Source of the DNA: an uncultured delta proteobacterium
GTDB lineage: Bacteria; Desulfobacterota; Binatia; UBA9968
NCBI GenBank assembly: GCA_963811315.1
Contig: CAWERH010000042.1
Span: forward strand, 53,247-117,246
Length of the DNA: 64,000 nt
Direction of reading: 5' to 3'
Below the pieces are notes generated by a model. It ran no database searches. It was not told where the DNA came from and was given only the letters and a program-made list of their open reading frames with translations. The translations under genes were made by a program, and so were the position numbers. Below are positions 1-10,699 of the stretch, in pieces. Within the stretch, counting starts at the first letter, position 1. Each line of letters starts with the position of its first letter.

Positions 1-1156
1 CCATCTCATCCCAAGAAAATAGATCCCTGGAAAACTAATGACACCACGTTGGTGAACGGGCTCGCCGGTGTCATTGAAAATCGGTAACTTCACCCAATCA
101 AAGTCGTAGCGAAAGCCAGTCGCCCAGACGATCGATGAGATACCTACAACCTTTAAATCGATTTCCAATATTGGGCGCAAAACTTCATCGGGTTCGGCCA
201 CTTCTTGGCCGGAAAATGTCTCTTCTGGAACAGTCAGGCCGGTCTTGCTTACATAGTTATCGACTAATTTTTTGTAATTGGTAAACCCAATATCTCCCGC
301 CGCCAAGTTCTCCTTGAGATCGGCTGCGATGATAAGCCTAGATCCCGACACCGCCTGTAAGCGCCCTAGCAGAGTTACACCTTCGGCGGCCATGCGCCGC
401 AGGTCCACGTCATGACCGCCGTTGGCAGGCGTGAGCAAAGGTACCGGATCGTTCTTAGCCTGAGGTGATGGAAGCTTGTCCACCGTCTGGTCCCAAACTC
501 CCATCTGTTGAACCCCACCAGCCAAAATCCCGCCCGCGATACCGCCGGGGTACTCGACGGTGACGGCCAACCGAGAGATAAACACGGCGTCCGCTTTGAT
601 TTAGATCTTCAGCGATCTGGCATCCGGAAGAACCTGCGCCCACGACCAAAATAGCGCCGGGAGGGAGCTGGTCAGGGTTACGGTAATTGTTTGAATGGAC
701 CTGGAAGACATCGGCGGGAACCACTGCACCAATCGGCGGAATAGCCGGCTGTTGAAATGGACCCGTGGCGATCACTACAGTGCCGGCTTCAATCGATCCA
801 TTTTGAGTGCGGATCAGATATCGCCCTTCGCGTGAGCCTTGCTCCAGGGACATGACAGTGACTCCGCAACGCACCGGGGCACTGATGAAATCAGCGTAGC
901 CATCGAGGAATCGCACGACTTCGTGACCCGGCGCGAAGGCGTCCGGATCGTCGCATTGGTATTTGTACCCAGGCAATTCAATCGTCCAGTTGGGAAATTG
1001 AAAATGAAAGGAATCCCAACGTTCGCTGCGCCAACGTTCACCCACTCGGCCCCGTTCGAGGATCACATGTTCTCGCCCAACTTGACTGAGAGAATAGCTC
1101 ATGGTCAGACCGGCGTGACCGCCGCCGATGATGACCGTATCAATCTGTTCGATCAT
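1..1156 (-). CDS. FAD/NAD(P)-binding flavin monooxygenase-like oxidoreductase, one frame break; C-terminus runs off the window
   Basis: ORF 455-1156 has IIGGGHAGL and VVGAGSSG dinucleotide-binding motifs. After ..RRYRGRDFGWW the reading continues in another frame (VQQMGVWDQTVDKLPSP..IVWATGFRYDFDW..GIYFLGM) down to nt 1. The break sits at the C4 run 513-516. Confidence 0.7.
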
Positions 1157-1221
1157 TGCCAGCCATAAAAACCACCGCGAGGCTATCCAGTAAGTTTCGG
1201 ATTACTGGCTCATGCAATAGA

Positions 1222-1252
1222 GAAAAGTGAACTGATAGCTCCTTCACTTTTC
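1222..1252 (-). terminator. possible hairpin terminator after the methyltransferase gene
   Basis: Perfect 10-bp inverted repeat gaaaagtgaa/ttcacttttc with an 11-nt loop and T-rich flanks, in the gap between two minus-strand genes. Confidence 0.4.
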
Positions 1253-1286
1253 GTTTCTGTCTCTTAAGTAAGAAACAAGGTCAAAG

Positions 1287-2078
1287 TCACTTCGTCCCGA
1301 CCGCCGATGAGCACTTCACCCGGGACCTCAAAGCCGTTAGGTCCGTTCGAAGCTGGCCAAGTTGCTCCTCAATTTCGTTCCAGGCCAGTCTCACGTTCAG
1401 CCTCGTTCAATCGGCTCATGAGCTCCCTAAGATCACCGGCAGCCATTTCTCATTTTTTCGACAGCCTCAGCAGCGGACGGCAAAACGTCTCTGTATAGGA
1501 ACCACATGAACAGACACATTCAGAAAACCAGCCCGCCTGTAGACGTCTTCGAGCACGCCTGGATCTCCGAGTGCGTACATCCAGGGTTCTCCCGGCGCTG
1601 GAGGAGGAATGTTTCCTAAGCGGCGAACAATTCCGAAGACAATCCCATGGTATGGATTCTTTTCTAAGGCGGAGAACACAATCGCTGCGACTTTACCTCC
1701 AGGCTTCACCACGCGGCGCATTTCGGTTAGCGCTTTCGCCGGGTTAGGAAAGAGCATCAGAGCCATCCGGCTTATCACCGCGTCAAAAGAGTCCGGCTCC
1801 AACTCAAGGTTCTCAGCGTTCATTACGCGGGTGTCTACGTTTGTGAGGCCTTCTCTGTGGGCCGCTTCTGCGGCGACGTTTAGCATGCTGGCGGAATTGT
1901 CTGCGGCCAGTACATTCCCTGTTAGTCCGATGCGTCGAGCCGCCATGAGCGTTGACTCTCCTGTGCCCGCCGCGACATCCAACACGCGACTGCCAGGTTG
2001 GATATTAGCTACATCAAGCATCATCTCCGTCACAGCCCAAGCGTTTGCTGCCGCGCCGCGTGCCCAGCGCTCCACCAA
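1287..2078 (-). pseudogene. class I SAM-dependent methyltransferase (UbiE/Methyltransf_11-like), C-terminal part broken by several frame switches
   Basis: VLDVAAGTGEST SAM motif and VVKPGGKV in ORF 1467-2078. The C-terminal continuation (SAAEAVEKMRNG / AAGDLRELMSRLNEAERE / AWNEIEEQLGQ / NGFEVPGEVLIGG) is spread over three frames between 1290 and 1500. Confidence 0.7.
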
Positions 2079-2099
2079 TCAGCGCTCTCTTTGAGTCCC

Positions 2100-2595
2100 C
2101 ATTTTTCACCGTCGGGTCGAGGGAGGTGATCGCATCCCCATATATGTTGGTGAAATCCTGTTGTCGCGGCCAACATCCCACTCAACACGCCGCGACAATT
2201 CCACCCGGCTTGGTCACACGCCGCATTTCACGTCACCGCAGACGGGCGGCATCGGAGAAAAAGCCGATGACGAGAAGCGCCATGGATTTGTCGAAAGTCA
2301 CGCTTTCAGGAAAGTAGTCTCAGATTCTGTGCGTCGCCGACTTGAAATTCTAAGCGGGCGTCCGTGCTCTGAGAACGCGCGTACCCATGAAGACCGGCGG
2401 AGGGATCGATACCGACGATCCTGAAACTCGGTGAATTCGCCGCGATGCTGAGAGCAAGCGACCGCGTGCCGCAACCTACGTCGAGGACCTGATCGCCAGG
2501 TCCTGGGACGCCGACGAAATCGGCAAACATAACGGCGCCAACTGTCTGCTCAAGCGCCCGGTTCCGTGGTTGTAATTCTCCGCGTTCGTGAACAT
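2100..2595 (-). pseudogene. class I SAM-dependent methyltransferase, paralogue of 2647-3222; frame-broken and lacking the C-terminal module
   Basis: Pieces MFTNAENYN..RLSRQLAP / FADFVGVPGPGDQVLDVGCGT..IVGIDPSAG..EFQVGDAQNL / FPESVTFDKSMALLVIGFFSDAARL / EMRRVTKPGGIVAA..SLDPTVKNG lie in different frames. The gene abuts the next gene with no ERRGSYGS..AKAWA tail. Confidence 0.6.
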
Positions 2596-2646
2596 CACCC
2601 CTCCAATTGCTCCGGAACAATTGCGCGAGTCATTCCTCATACCGAT

Positions 2647-3222
2647 TCAATTCACGGAACCTATCCCTTTGGCTGCCCACGCTTTCGCCTTCAGCGAAAA
2701 CGGCCCGTCGGCACGGGTACCGAAAAGATTCTGCCCCAGTTGCTCGCGCAACGCAGCTTGGTGATCTTCCGAAAGTCGCGCCGATAACTCCAGACTTGCC
2801 CTTCTGGGACTGGTAACCAGTAATCGCCAAACGAAGAGAACTGGCACGGCATCGTCAAGTCTGTAACTTCAATTTCGGTCAGACCCGCGCCCTTCCAGAG
2901 ATCTGAAAGCGCTGCCGCGGAACCGTACGAACCTCGTCTTTCAGCGGGCCGTTTTGCTGTCGGATCGATCGCCCAGCTCGAAAGTCACCCGGGGATCGGC
3001 AACTTGTGTATGCATACTCGATAAAACCTGTGGAAGGATCGATGCCGAAATTATTGCCGCTCCAGTAACTCTGGCCAAGGTCGCCGAAAGTGCGCCAGTG
3101 CCGCACCCCACATCGAGCACAATGTCTCCGTCTCGGACCCCCGCAAATTCAACAAACAGCGGCGCCAACTGCCGGCTCCAGCGCCCCATCATTACTTCGT
3201 ACGCTTCCGCGACTTCGAACAT
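2647..3222 (-). pseudogene. class I SAM-dependent methyltransferase paralogue with frame switches and an internal deletion of about 200 nt
   Basis: MFEVAEAYEVMMGRWSRQLAPLFVEFAGVRDGDIVLDVGCGTG..DPRVTFELGD joins directly to AKRPAERRGSYGSAAALSDLWKGAGLTEIEV..FSSFGDYW..LSEDHQAALREQLGQNLFGTRADGPFSLKAKAWAAKG. The middle block present in the neighbouring paralogue is absent. Confidence 0.65.
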
Positions 3223-3237
3223 AGCTCCTCCGTATTC

Positions 3238-4268
3238 TTAGTTGGGCTTGCGCGCCGTGATGAGACCGTGCCTGTCAGGCAGCAAGAATTTCGCCCGCTC
3301 GATATCCACGGAACCGGCTTCGGAAAGCCAAGCTCGGTGTTCCTGCTCCGTATAGGACTGGCCGGCATCGAAGGTATTTAAGAAAATCAGATTGTAGCCG
3401 AGCGCTTCCAATGGCGAGAGGCGCGAGTCGTCGAGAATCTGCGCGACAATATAATTGTCCCACCTGGATTCACTGCCGCGGCGATATTTCTTACCGCAAG
3501 GCGCGCCTCCTCCACGGCTAAACACTGGAACACGCCTCGCAAAATGACCACGTCGTAGGAGCCTGGCAAAGGCCCTCTGAGCAAATCCGCCGCCAAGACC
3601 TGGACGCGGTGCCTCGCGCCTTCCTCGGTCACGATCTTTTGAGCGATCGGCACGACCAGCGGCAGGTCAATGGCGGTGGCGCGTATATGAGGATCACTCT
3701 TGGGTCATCGTTAACGCCAAGTGCCGGCACCGCCACAGCCTACATCGGCGAGGGTTCGAGTCGATGAGAAGTCAAATCGCTTCAACAGAGCGTGGGCCAA
3801 CGCCACGGTATTCCGGTTGATCCGACGAAAGAACGCTTCAACCTCTTCCTGCGGTGAGTTTGAGAAATACGACTTTGGCTTGGGGAACCGCCCGGCAAAT
3901 CGATTCTGCGGTGTGTGGGTAAAGGTTAGTCCACCGGTGTGCAAACAGTTCACGCATATTGCCCATGTACAAAGGATATAAAAAAACAGAAAGAGGACTG
4001 CCTTTCACCAAGTACTGATTGGCTTCGGGAGTATTCGAGAAACGTCCCTCCTGCTCGGTCAACAAACCTGCCGCGACCAAGCCGTACAGCAGCAGGCGTA
4101 AACGAGCCGGACTCACTCCGATCGTCTGAGCGATCTCTTCGACGGTCTCAGCGCCATCTTTGAGTGGCGTAAAACATCAAGCTGCATCCCGGCAAGCATG
4201 GCAAAACCGGCATCAACAGCGTATCTGAGTTTGTCGATGGTCTCGGGTCGTGTTACTGAAGCTTCCAT
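3238..4268 (-). pseudogene. O-methyltransferase (family 2, with N-terminal winged-helix dimerisation domain), at least 5 frame switches
   Basis: The reading runs through MEASVTRPETIDKLRYAVDAGFAMLAGMQLDV / FTPLKDGAETVEEIAQTIGVSPARLRLLLYGLVAAGLL / ..FDFSSTRTLADVGCGGAG / DPHIRATAIDLPLVVPIAQ..VILRGVFQ..NPGGTII / VAQILDDSRLSPLEALGYNLIFL..ITARKPN in alternating frames. Confidence 0.7.
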
Positions 4269-4440
4269 TGCAATATCACCTCCTATGACTTTGTGGCTTT
4301 CCCAGATCTGCCGCAATAAGAAATTGAAGAAGCGATTGTGTCTCTGTCACGAAGCGACTATCGCGCTATTAGGCCGACCCATGACTTTGGCTTGACCGAT
4401 ATTCGAGTACGACCTATCCTCATACTCACTGAAGGTATCC

Positions 4441-4596
4441 GTGGCAAGAGAAAAAGTGGCAATTACACTAGACGACTCGACCCTCGACCGCCTCGAAAAA
4501 TTGGTGCGCAAACGGTTTCAGTGTCACAGAAAGCGGTTCCGAAGAGTCTCGGGTCGAAAAAAGCCGATTGGAACATTGCCCAGTCGAACAATTTGA
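4441..4596 (+). CDS. possible ribbon-helix-helix (CopG-like) small DNA-binding protein; C-terminal half unclear and possibly frame-broken
   Basis: GTG start 6 nt after gaagg. The N-terminus VAREKVAITLDDSTLDRLEKLVRK is typical of RHH beta-strand plus helix. Downstream frames contain SQKAV..SL and RLEH fragments. No partner toxin ORF is present. Confidence 0.3.
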   Translation: MAREKVAITLDDSTLDRLEKLVRKRFQCHRKRFRRVSGRKKPIGTLPSRTI

Positions 4597-4791
4597 AAAA
4601 GCGCTACGAAGAACTCCAATTGAAGGAATCCGGATACGGAAGAGCGAAATCTGCACGGCTCGTTGAACCGTCGAGCCAACACACGGCACCTCCCGAAGAA
4701 ATCGCCCAATAGTAGAAGGTTCAAACGAAATCATCGGTAGTTAGTCTAAACCTGCAATATCCAACTTAATCGCGAAATGGATTAAAAACAG

Positions 4792-5544
4792 ATGGCTGAT
4801 CCTACCGAAGAACTGCGAGAAAAGATCATGCTTTCATGCCGCATCTTGGCGATGGAAGGCATGGTCGAGCGAATCACCGGTCACGTCAGCGCTCGGATCG
4901 CTGATTCAGAAGACATGTGGATTCGGTGCCGGAGCCCGCAAGAGGATGGCGTACGCTATACAACGGTTGATTCCATACAAAGAGTAGACTTTGACGGCAA
5001 GGGGCCACACAAGAGCGAACAATACCAGGTACCGAACGAACTGCCCATTCATGGGGAAATCTATAAAAAGCGAACCGCGGTAGGCTGTGTCATTCACGCA
5101 CATCCCACGGAAGCACTCATTTGCGGCATCACTGAATTGGAATTTCGTCCCATCTTCGGCGCGTTTAATATACCCGCGATGAGCATGGCCCTACAGGGCA
5201 TCCCGGTGTTTCCGCGCTCCTATCTGGTTACTCGGCCTGAACTCGCCGCTCCGATGATAGAAATCATGGGTGACAAATCGATCTGCCTGATGAAGGGTCA
5301 CGGGATTACCGTTATCGGCAAGACGGTGGAAGAAGCCACCATGCGTGCTTTGAACTTCAATATGTTGGCGAAAGCTACACTGCAAGTAGCTCAAACCGGT
5401 CAAATAGCGCCGGACATCTCGCCTGAAGATATCAAAAAACTCCCCGATCTTGGATCTACGTTTAACGATACCTGGACATGGCGGTACTACGTGAGAAAGC
5501 TCAAGGAAGAGGATCTCCGTCTAAGCGATCACGCAGAGAAGTGA
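4792..5544 (+). CDS. class II aldolase/adducin family protein
   Basis: 250-aa intact ORF with HGEIY..VIHAHPTEA..KGHGITVIGKTVEEA motifs. Confidence 0.85.
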   Translation: MADPTEELREKIMLSCRILAMEGMVERITGHVSARIADSEDMWIRCRSPQEDGVRYTTVDSIQRVDFDGKGPHKSEQYQVPNELPIHGEIYKKRTAVGCVIHAHPTEALICGITELEFRPIFGAFNIPAMSMALQGIPVFPRSYLVTRPELAAPMIEIMGDKSICLMKGHGITVIGKTVEEATMRALNFNMLAKATLQVAQTGQIAPDISPEDIKKLPDLGSTFNDTWTWRYYVRKLKEEDLRLSDHAEK

Positions 5545-5665
5545 TTGCATCCATCGCTGTGCAGCAGCGGTTCGGCCAGCCTCAAAGCATTGACGCCCAA
5601 GCGCAATCAACGCGGGCGGTCTAGAATAATGGGAACAGTGCCAACCATGAAATTTCTGCCCGGAC

Positions 5666-5691
5666 GGGCGGACACACAGGTCCGCCCCTAC
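5666..5691 (+). repeat. REP-like palindromic element (hairpin + CTAC)
   Basis: gggcggac-acacag-gtccgccc followed by ctac; intergenic. Confidence 0.7.
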
Positions 5692-5717
5692 AAAATGCGC
5701 GCCTTGCGATTTTCCCG

Positions 5718-5743
5718 GTAGGGGCCGACCTATGTGTCGGCCC
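5718..5743 (-). repeat. REP-like palindromic element, inverted orientation
   Basis: gtag followed by gggccgac-ctatgt-gtcggccc. It forms a head-to-head pair with 5666-5691. Confidence 0.7.
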
Positions 5744-5783
5744 TCCGGATTACGGTCCGGTTGTTTTCACCAGGCTGCTTCCC

Positions 5784-6714
5784 TCACAGATGCGGCATGA
5801 TCTCCTTGGCGCAGATTTCCAAATGCTCCATCTCGTCGAACATCGGATTGAAAACGATCTGTTGCGCCCCGGCTTTGACGATCTCTTGAATTTTTTCCGT
5901 GCATTTGGCGGCGCTGCCCCAGATCGGAAACTTTCGGTCCGAGATCGGCATTTTTGTAGCGGCCGCCGAACCACTCACGAATGCGCCGCTCGCCGCGCGC
6001 TTCATCGTTATCGACAGCCAGGTAGACGCGCTTGGCGAAATGAAACGTCGCCGGATCGCGTTTGGCTTCCGCGAGCATGTCGCGAATCCGCGCCGACTCG
6101 CGAATAAACGAACCGGCAGACGACGATCCCGCGCCCATCCAGCCGTCGGCGTATTTGACCGCGCGGCGCAGAGCGTTCTCATGATGGCCGCCGAAGATGA
6201 TCGGCAGGTGCGGCTTCTGCAGCGGCTTGGGTTCCATCGAGACATCTTTGAAGTTCCAATAGCGCCCTTGAAAGCTCGCTTTGGGCTCGGTCCAAAGAAG
6301 CTTCATGATCTGCACGGCTTCGCTAAAACGCGTCACCCGTCCTTCGCGGCTGTAGCCGAAAACATCTTCATGGGAGCCCAGATGGCCGCCGCCGAGACCG
6401 ACACCCAGGATCGCGCGGCCGCCGCTCATCACGTCGAGCGTTGAATAAGCCTTCGCCAATTGAATCGGGTTTCTCAGCGGCAACAGAATGACCGATGTGC
6501 CCAATCTTACTTTCGTCGTGATCGCTGCCACGTAGCTGAGCAGCGTCACCGGCTCGAGCATAGCGAAATCGCCGATCACCCGCTCTTGAAGCCACAAACT
6601 ATCGTAGCCGAGAGTCTCCGCTTTGATCGCGAAATTGCGGATATGTTCCATGTCGACGGGTCCGTCAAAAAAAACCTGCGGCAGCTCGATGCCGCAGGGC
6701 AAGTGATTCGCCAT
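5784..6714 (-). CDS. LLM-class (luciferase-like) flavin/F420-dependent oxidoreductase, one frame break near the 3' end
   Basis: ORF 5767-6714 is luciferase-like (ETLGYDSLWLQERV..). The conserved tail PIWGSAAKCTEKIQEIVKAGAQQIVFNPMFDEMEHLEICAKEIMPHL is in the frame of ORF 5784-6245. The switch is near 5940. Confidence 0.75.
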
Positions 6715-6742
6715 GATGTCATTGCTCCTTTGCGCAGACAGA

Positions 6743-6766
6743 GGGCGCGATAAATCGCACCCCTAC
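6743..6766 (+). repeat. REP-like palindromic element
   Basis: gggcgcga-taaa-tcgcaccc followed by ctac; intergenic between the LLM and amidohydrolase genes. Confidence 0.65.
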
Positions 6767-6819
6767 AATCCGATCTTTTTTGTGCCCCTTGCGTTCTTTG
6801 CGGCCAGTTCTTTCTTAAC

Positions 6820-8019
6820 TCACGCCATACAAGCCGCGCGCAATTGTCCCACAGAATTTTTTTCCTCGCGATCGCTCGGCATCTCCACGGCCAAGAAGTG
6901 ATTCACCGCATTGGGCCAGTGGGAGTCGGCGTGCGGATAGTCCGTCGAGATCACCACGTTGTCGTCGCCGATGCGCCGGATCACATCGCCAACCAAATCT
7001 TCTTCCACGTCCACAGAAATGAAACACTGGCGTAAAAAGTAATCGCTCGGCCGCAGACTCATCGGCTCGTTGCAATAGCCCTTGCGCATTTCCCAACGCT
7101 CGTCCAAGCGATACAGCGCCCATGGCAGCCAGCTGCAGTTGCCTTCGAGAAACGCAACCCGCAAATTAGGAAAGCGCTCGAGCACCCCGCCGGCGCAAAA
7201 GCTTCCGAGCGCGAACATCAGTTCCACCGGATTGCGAAAAGCGTTGATCAGCACGGCCTCGTTGGTGTGGCCTTTGAAACGGTGCACGGCTTGATCTTGA
7301 TTGGGGCTTGCCGCCGGATGGAAGCAGATCGGCGCGGCCAATTTTTCCGCTTCGCGCCAAAGCGGATCGTAATACCGGTCATGAATGTGGCGTCCGTTGA
7401 TCGGTTCCGGCACCAGGCACAGGCCGATCGCGCCGAGTTCGGTGACCGCCCGACGCGCTTCGTCGATCGCGAGATCGATGTCGTGCAGCGTGATGAGCGC
7501 CGAAGGGCGCAGCCGCTTAGGATCGGCTTTGCAAAAATCCGCCATCCAATCGTTCCACGCCCGGCAAAGATCATTGGCATATTCCGCCTCCAGGCTATCA
7601 TCGCAATGAAGCGGGAAGGTTCGAAACAAAATCGCCACGTCCAAACCTTCTTCGTCCATCGCTTCCAATTGCGATCGAGCGTCGTAATGACGCGCCAGCG
7701 GCTTCGCATAGCGCTGCGCGACTTCCGCTTCGCCCGGCGAACTTTCCCCCGCGTTCTGCTTCGGCGAGGTTGCCGCGAGCACTTGAGTGCCGGAGGCGCG
7801 GATCGGCTTGCCGTCGGCAAAAGTGAATTTTATCTGGCCGTGAGTTTTTCGCGGTTGCCCGCGTGGAATCCGATCGCCCCATTTTGGATTCATATATTGA
7901 AGATAGAGATCATGGGGCTCGAACACATGCATATCGCTATCGAGAATTTTGTAACCGTGCTTTGCCATCCGCTTATCTCCCAAATTGCGTAAGGTCGATT
8001 CGACCGCCGTCACCGCCAA
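6820..8019 (-). CDS. amidohydrolase-2 family metal-dependent hydrolase/decarboxylase
   Basis: 399-aa intact ORF with DSDMHVFEP near the N-terminus and ISTDYPHADSHWP near the C-terminus. Confidence 0.85.
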   Translation of the reverse strand: MAVTAVESTLRNLGDKRMAKHGYKILDSDMHVFEPHDLYLQYMNPKWGDRIPRGQPRKTHGQIKFTFADGKPIRASGTQVLAATSPKQNAGESSPGEAEVAQRYAKPLARHYDARSQLEAMDEEGLDVAILFRTFPLHCDDSLEAEYANDLCRAWNDWMADFCKADPKRLRPSALITLHDIDLAIDEARRAVTELGAIGLCLVPEPINGRHIHDRYYDPLWREAEKLAAPICFHPAASPNQDQAVHRFKGHTNEAVLINAFRNPVELMFALGSFCAGGVLERFPNLRVAFLEGNCSWLPWALYRLDERWEMRKGYCNEPMSLRPSDYFLRQCFISVDVEEDLVGDVIRRIGDDNVVISTDYPHADSHWPNAVNHFLAVEMPSDREEKNSVGQLRAACMA

Positions 8020-8192
8020 CGCTCTAACCCTAGTTACCAGTACGATTAGTCTCCACGCTGCGGTGCTGTCAAGCTTAGAACATTCTCACGGAGCGTGTCG
8101 CCGCAACGAGAAGTTTCACCTTGACAACTTTCGGCGGAACTGCAAAAGATTTCAACATCGTCGCATCAAAAGTATCCTTTTCGGAGGAGAAA

Positions 8193-9728
8193 ATGGCCGC
8201 CAAACTTTTCAGTCGATCAATGGTCGTGTTTATGGCAGCTGCATTGTTTTTATGCAGCAGCATTGCGGCAATCGCCCAGACCCGCGTTTCCATCGGCGTC
8301 ACGGAAACCATCGAGACTGCCAACCCCTACGGCGACAGCGTGTCGTTGCTGTACGGAATTTTCAGCGAGGTCACCGGCCCTTTTTGCACTTACAATTATG
8401 CGAAGGGCGACTTCGAAGGCCGGCTCGCCGAGCGATGGAAAGATCGAGAACCCGACCACCTGGGTTTTTATTTTAAGCAAGAATTATAAATTCAACGACG
8501 GCTCTCCGGTCACCGCCGATGACGTGGCTCATTCGATGATGAACCGCGTGATCAACGATCCCGCAGTCGAAGCAAAAAGCCTCGGTCGCGCCTTCGGTGA
8601 CCAAAGCCGAGGCCGTCGACAAATTCACCGTCAAGATTACCACCGACAAGCCGACCGCGCCGTTGCTGTCGTTTCTCTGCGATCGCCTGATCGTCACCAG
8701 CAAAGCCGCCTTCGACAAATATGGCCGCGACGTCGCCGACAAAGAACACATGATGGGCGGCGGACCCTATCGCTTGAAGGAACTGATTCCCGGGCAACGC
8801 CTGGTACTGCAAAAACGGCCGGATCATCCCGACGCCAAGAAAAATCCGCGCGCGCCCGACGAGGTCGTCTACCGCATCATGCGCGAGCCCGAGCAGCGCG
8901 TGACGGCCTTACTCAACGATGAGATTCAGATCGCCCAATTCATTCCGCCGCACATGCGCCAGCGCGTCGAGAAAACCACAAATCTGAGGATTACGTCCGT
9001 ACGATTCGGTCGGAGATCATGTTTCTCGCCATGCAGCCAAAACCGCCGTTCGACAAAAAGGAAGTTCGCCAAGCGGTTTGCCACGCGATCAATCGCGATC
9101 AAATCATCGCGACGCTGCTTGGAAGGCTTCGCGAGCCGCCTCGACGGCCCGATCGGACCGGGCCAATATGGTTACGATCCCAATTGAAGCCGAAAATGAA
9201 TTACGATCCGGAAAAGCGCGAAAAAGCTTCTGGCGCAAGCGGGCTATCCGAACGGCGTCGATATCGAGCTGCAAACTCCCGTCGGCCGTTACACGCTCGA
9301 CAAACAACTGACCGAAGCCATGATACCCATGCTCAATGCCGCGGGATTTCGCGCCAAGCTGCTCACGCCCGAATGGGCGACGCTTTGGGCCAGCGTGCAG
9401 AAGGGCACGATTCCTTTCTATTACATGGGCCGCGGCTCGGTGCAGGATCCGAGCGCGCGCGCTGCACCAATATTTCCACAGCGGCGAAACGCCGCGCATC
9501 GGCTACTTCAATCCCAAACTCGACGAGTTTCTCGACAAGGAGCAGCAGGAGTTCGATCCTAAAAAGCGCCGCCAGTACCTATCGCAAGCGATGAGCATTC
9601 TGACCGAAGAGGCGCCGGCGTGCTTCATGTGGCGCCACAAGCTGCTCTGGGGTTTGAACAGCCGGGTCGATTATAAGCCGCTGCCCGACGCGCGTATCTA
9701 CGCCATCGACATGGCGGTAAAGAAATGA
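8193..9728 (+). pseudogene. ABC transporter substrate-binding protein, family 5 (peptide/nickel type), 7 frame switches
   Basis: ggagga-N5-ATG start with signal peptide MAAKLFSRSMVVFMAAALFLCSSIAAIAQ. Homologous reading switches frame near 8440, 8590, 9000, 9115, 9184, 9225 and 9455, ending ..RHKLLWGLNSRVDYKPLPDARIYAIDMAVKK. Confidence 0.8.
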
Positions 9729-9777
9729 GTTGAGATCTGGAATCTGCGATCCGCCATGCCGAGCGCGGCGAGGATTC

Positions 9778-10653
9778 ATGAACGGCGAAAAATTCATTGA
9801 CGTCGACGGCATCCGAACGCGCTACTTCGAAAAAGGCAGCGGGCCGGTGCTCGTGTTGTTTCACGGCGGCCACTTCGGCTCCCACGACGCCGCCGACGGC
9901 GCGGACGACTGGAGCTTGAACTTCGATGGCCTGGCACAATGGTTTCACGTCTATGCGGTCGACAAGATCGGCCAGGGGTTTACCGACAATCCCAAACGCG
10001 ACGAAGACTATACGATGGCGGCCGTGGTACAGCACGCCTATGGTTTTTTGAAAGCACTCGGCCTGCGTAAGGTTCACCCCGTCGGTCATTCGCGCGGCGC
10101 CTATCTCGTCGCGCGCTTAGCGCTGGAGCATCCCGAACTGTTCGATTCGTGCATTTTGGTCGACACCAACACGCTGGCGCCGGGCATCAGCAAGAACGAA
10201 ACGGTGATGGCCAATCCGCCCCAGCCGCGCTTGAGCCGCGCCAGCCAGCGCTGGATATTGCAGCGCTACTCCTACGGCTTCGAGCACATCACCGAAGAAT
10301 GGCTCGACGTGATGATGCGCGTCGCCGCGCTGCCGAAGTATCAAGAGGCCGTCAACAAAATGGAAGAAGTGGGCCTGCGCACCACGCGCTTTCTGCCGCA
10401 CCTGGCGCGCCAGAAAGATGAAACCCTGGGTTGGATTCGCGATCGCGGCTTCGCCCTGCCCACACTGCTTGCCTGGTCGTACAACGATCCCACCGCGACC
10501 ATCGATCAAGGCCAAGCGCTGTTCGATCTGATCGCCCGCGGCACCGCCGATTCGCGTATGTACATTTTCAATCGCGCCGGCCACTTTTCCTACCGGGAAC
10601 ATCCCGCGGAGTTCAACGACCTGCTGCGCGGCTTCATTCAGCGCATCGCTTGA
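9778..10653 (+). CDS. alpha/beta hydrolase (meta-cleavage-product hydrolase-like)
   Basis: gagga SD and ATG at 9778. VLFHGG, nucleophile elbow GHSRGA and C-terminal GHFSYREHP. The ORF is intact. Confidence 0.8.
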   Translation: MNGEKFIDVDGIRTRYFEKGSGPVLVLFHGGHFGSHDAADGADDWSLNFDGLAQWFHVYAVDKIGQGFTDNPKRDEDYTMAAVVQHAYGFLKALGLRKVHPVGHSRGAYLVARLALEHPELFDSCILVDTNTLAPGISKNETVMANPPQPRLSRASQRWILQRYSYGFEHITEEWLDVMMRVAALPKYQEAVNKMEEVGLRTTRFLPHLARQKDETLGWIRDRGFALPTLLAWSYNDPTATIDQGQALFDLIARGTADSRMYIFNRAGHFSYREHPAEFNDLLRGFIQRIA

Positions 10654-10699
10654 GGAGAGCGCGGCAAGAACCTGTCGATTCCTTGGAGCGCACTCAGAC

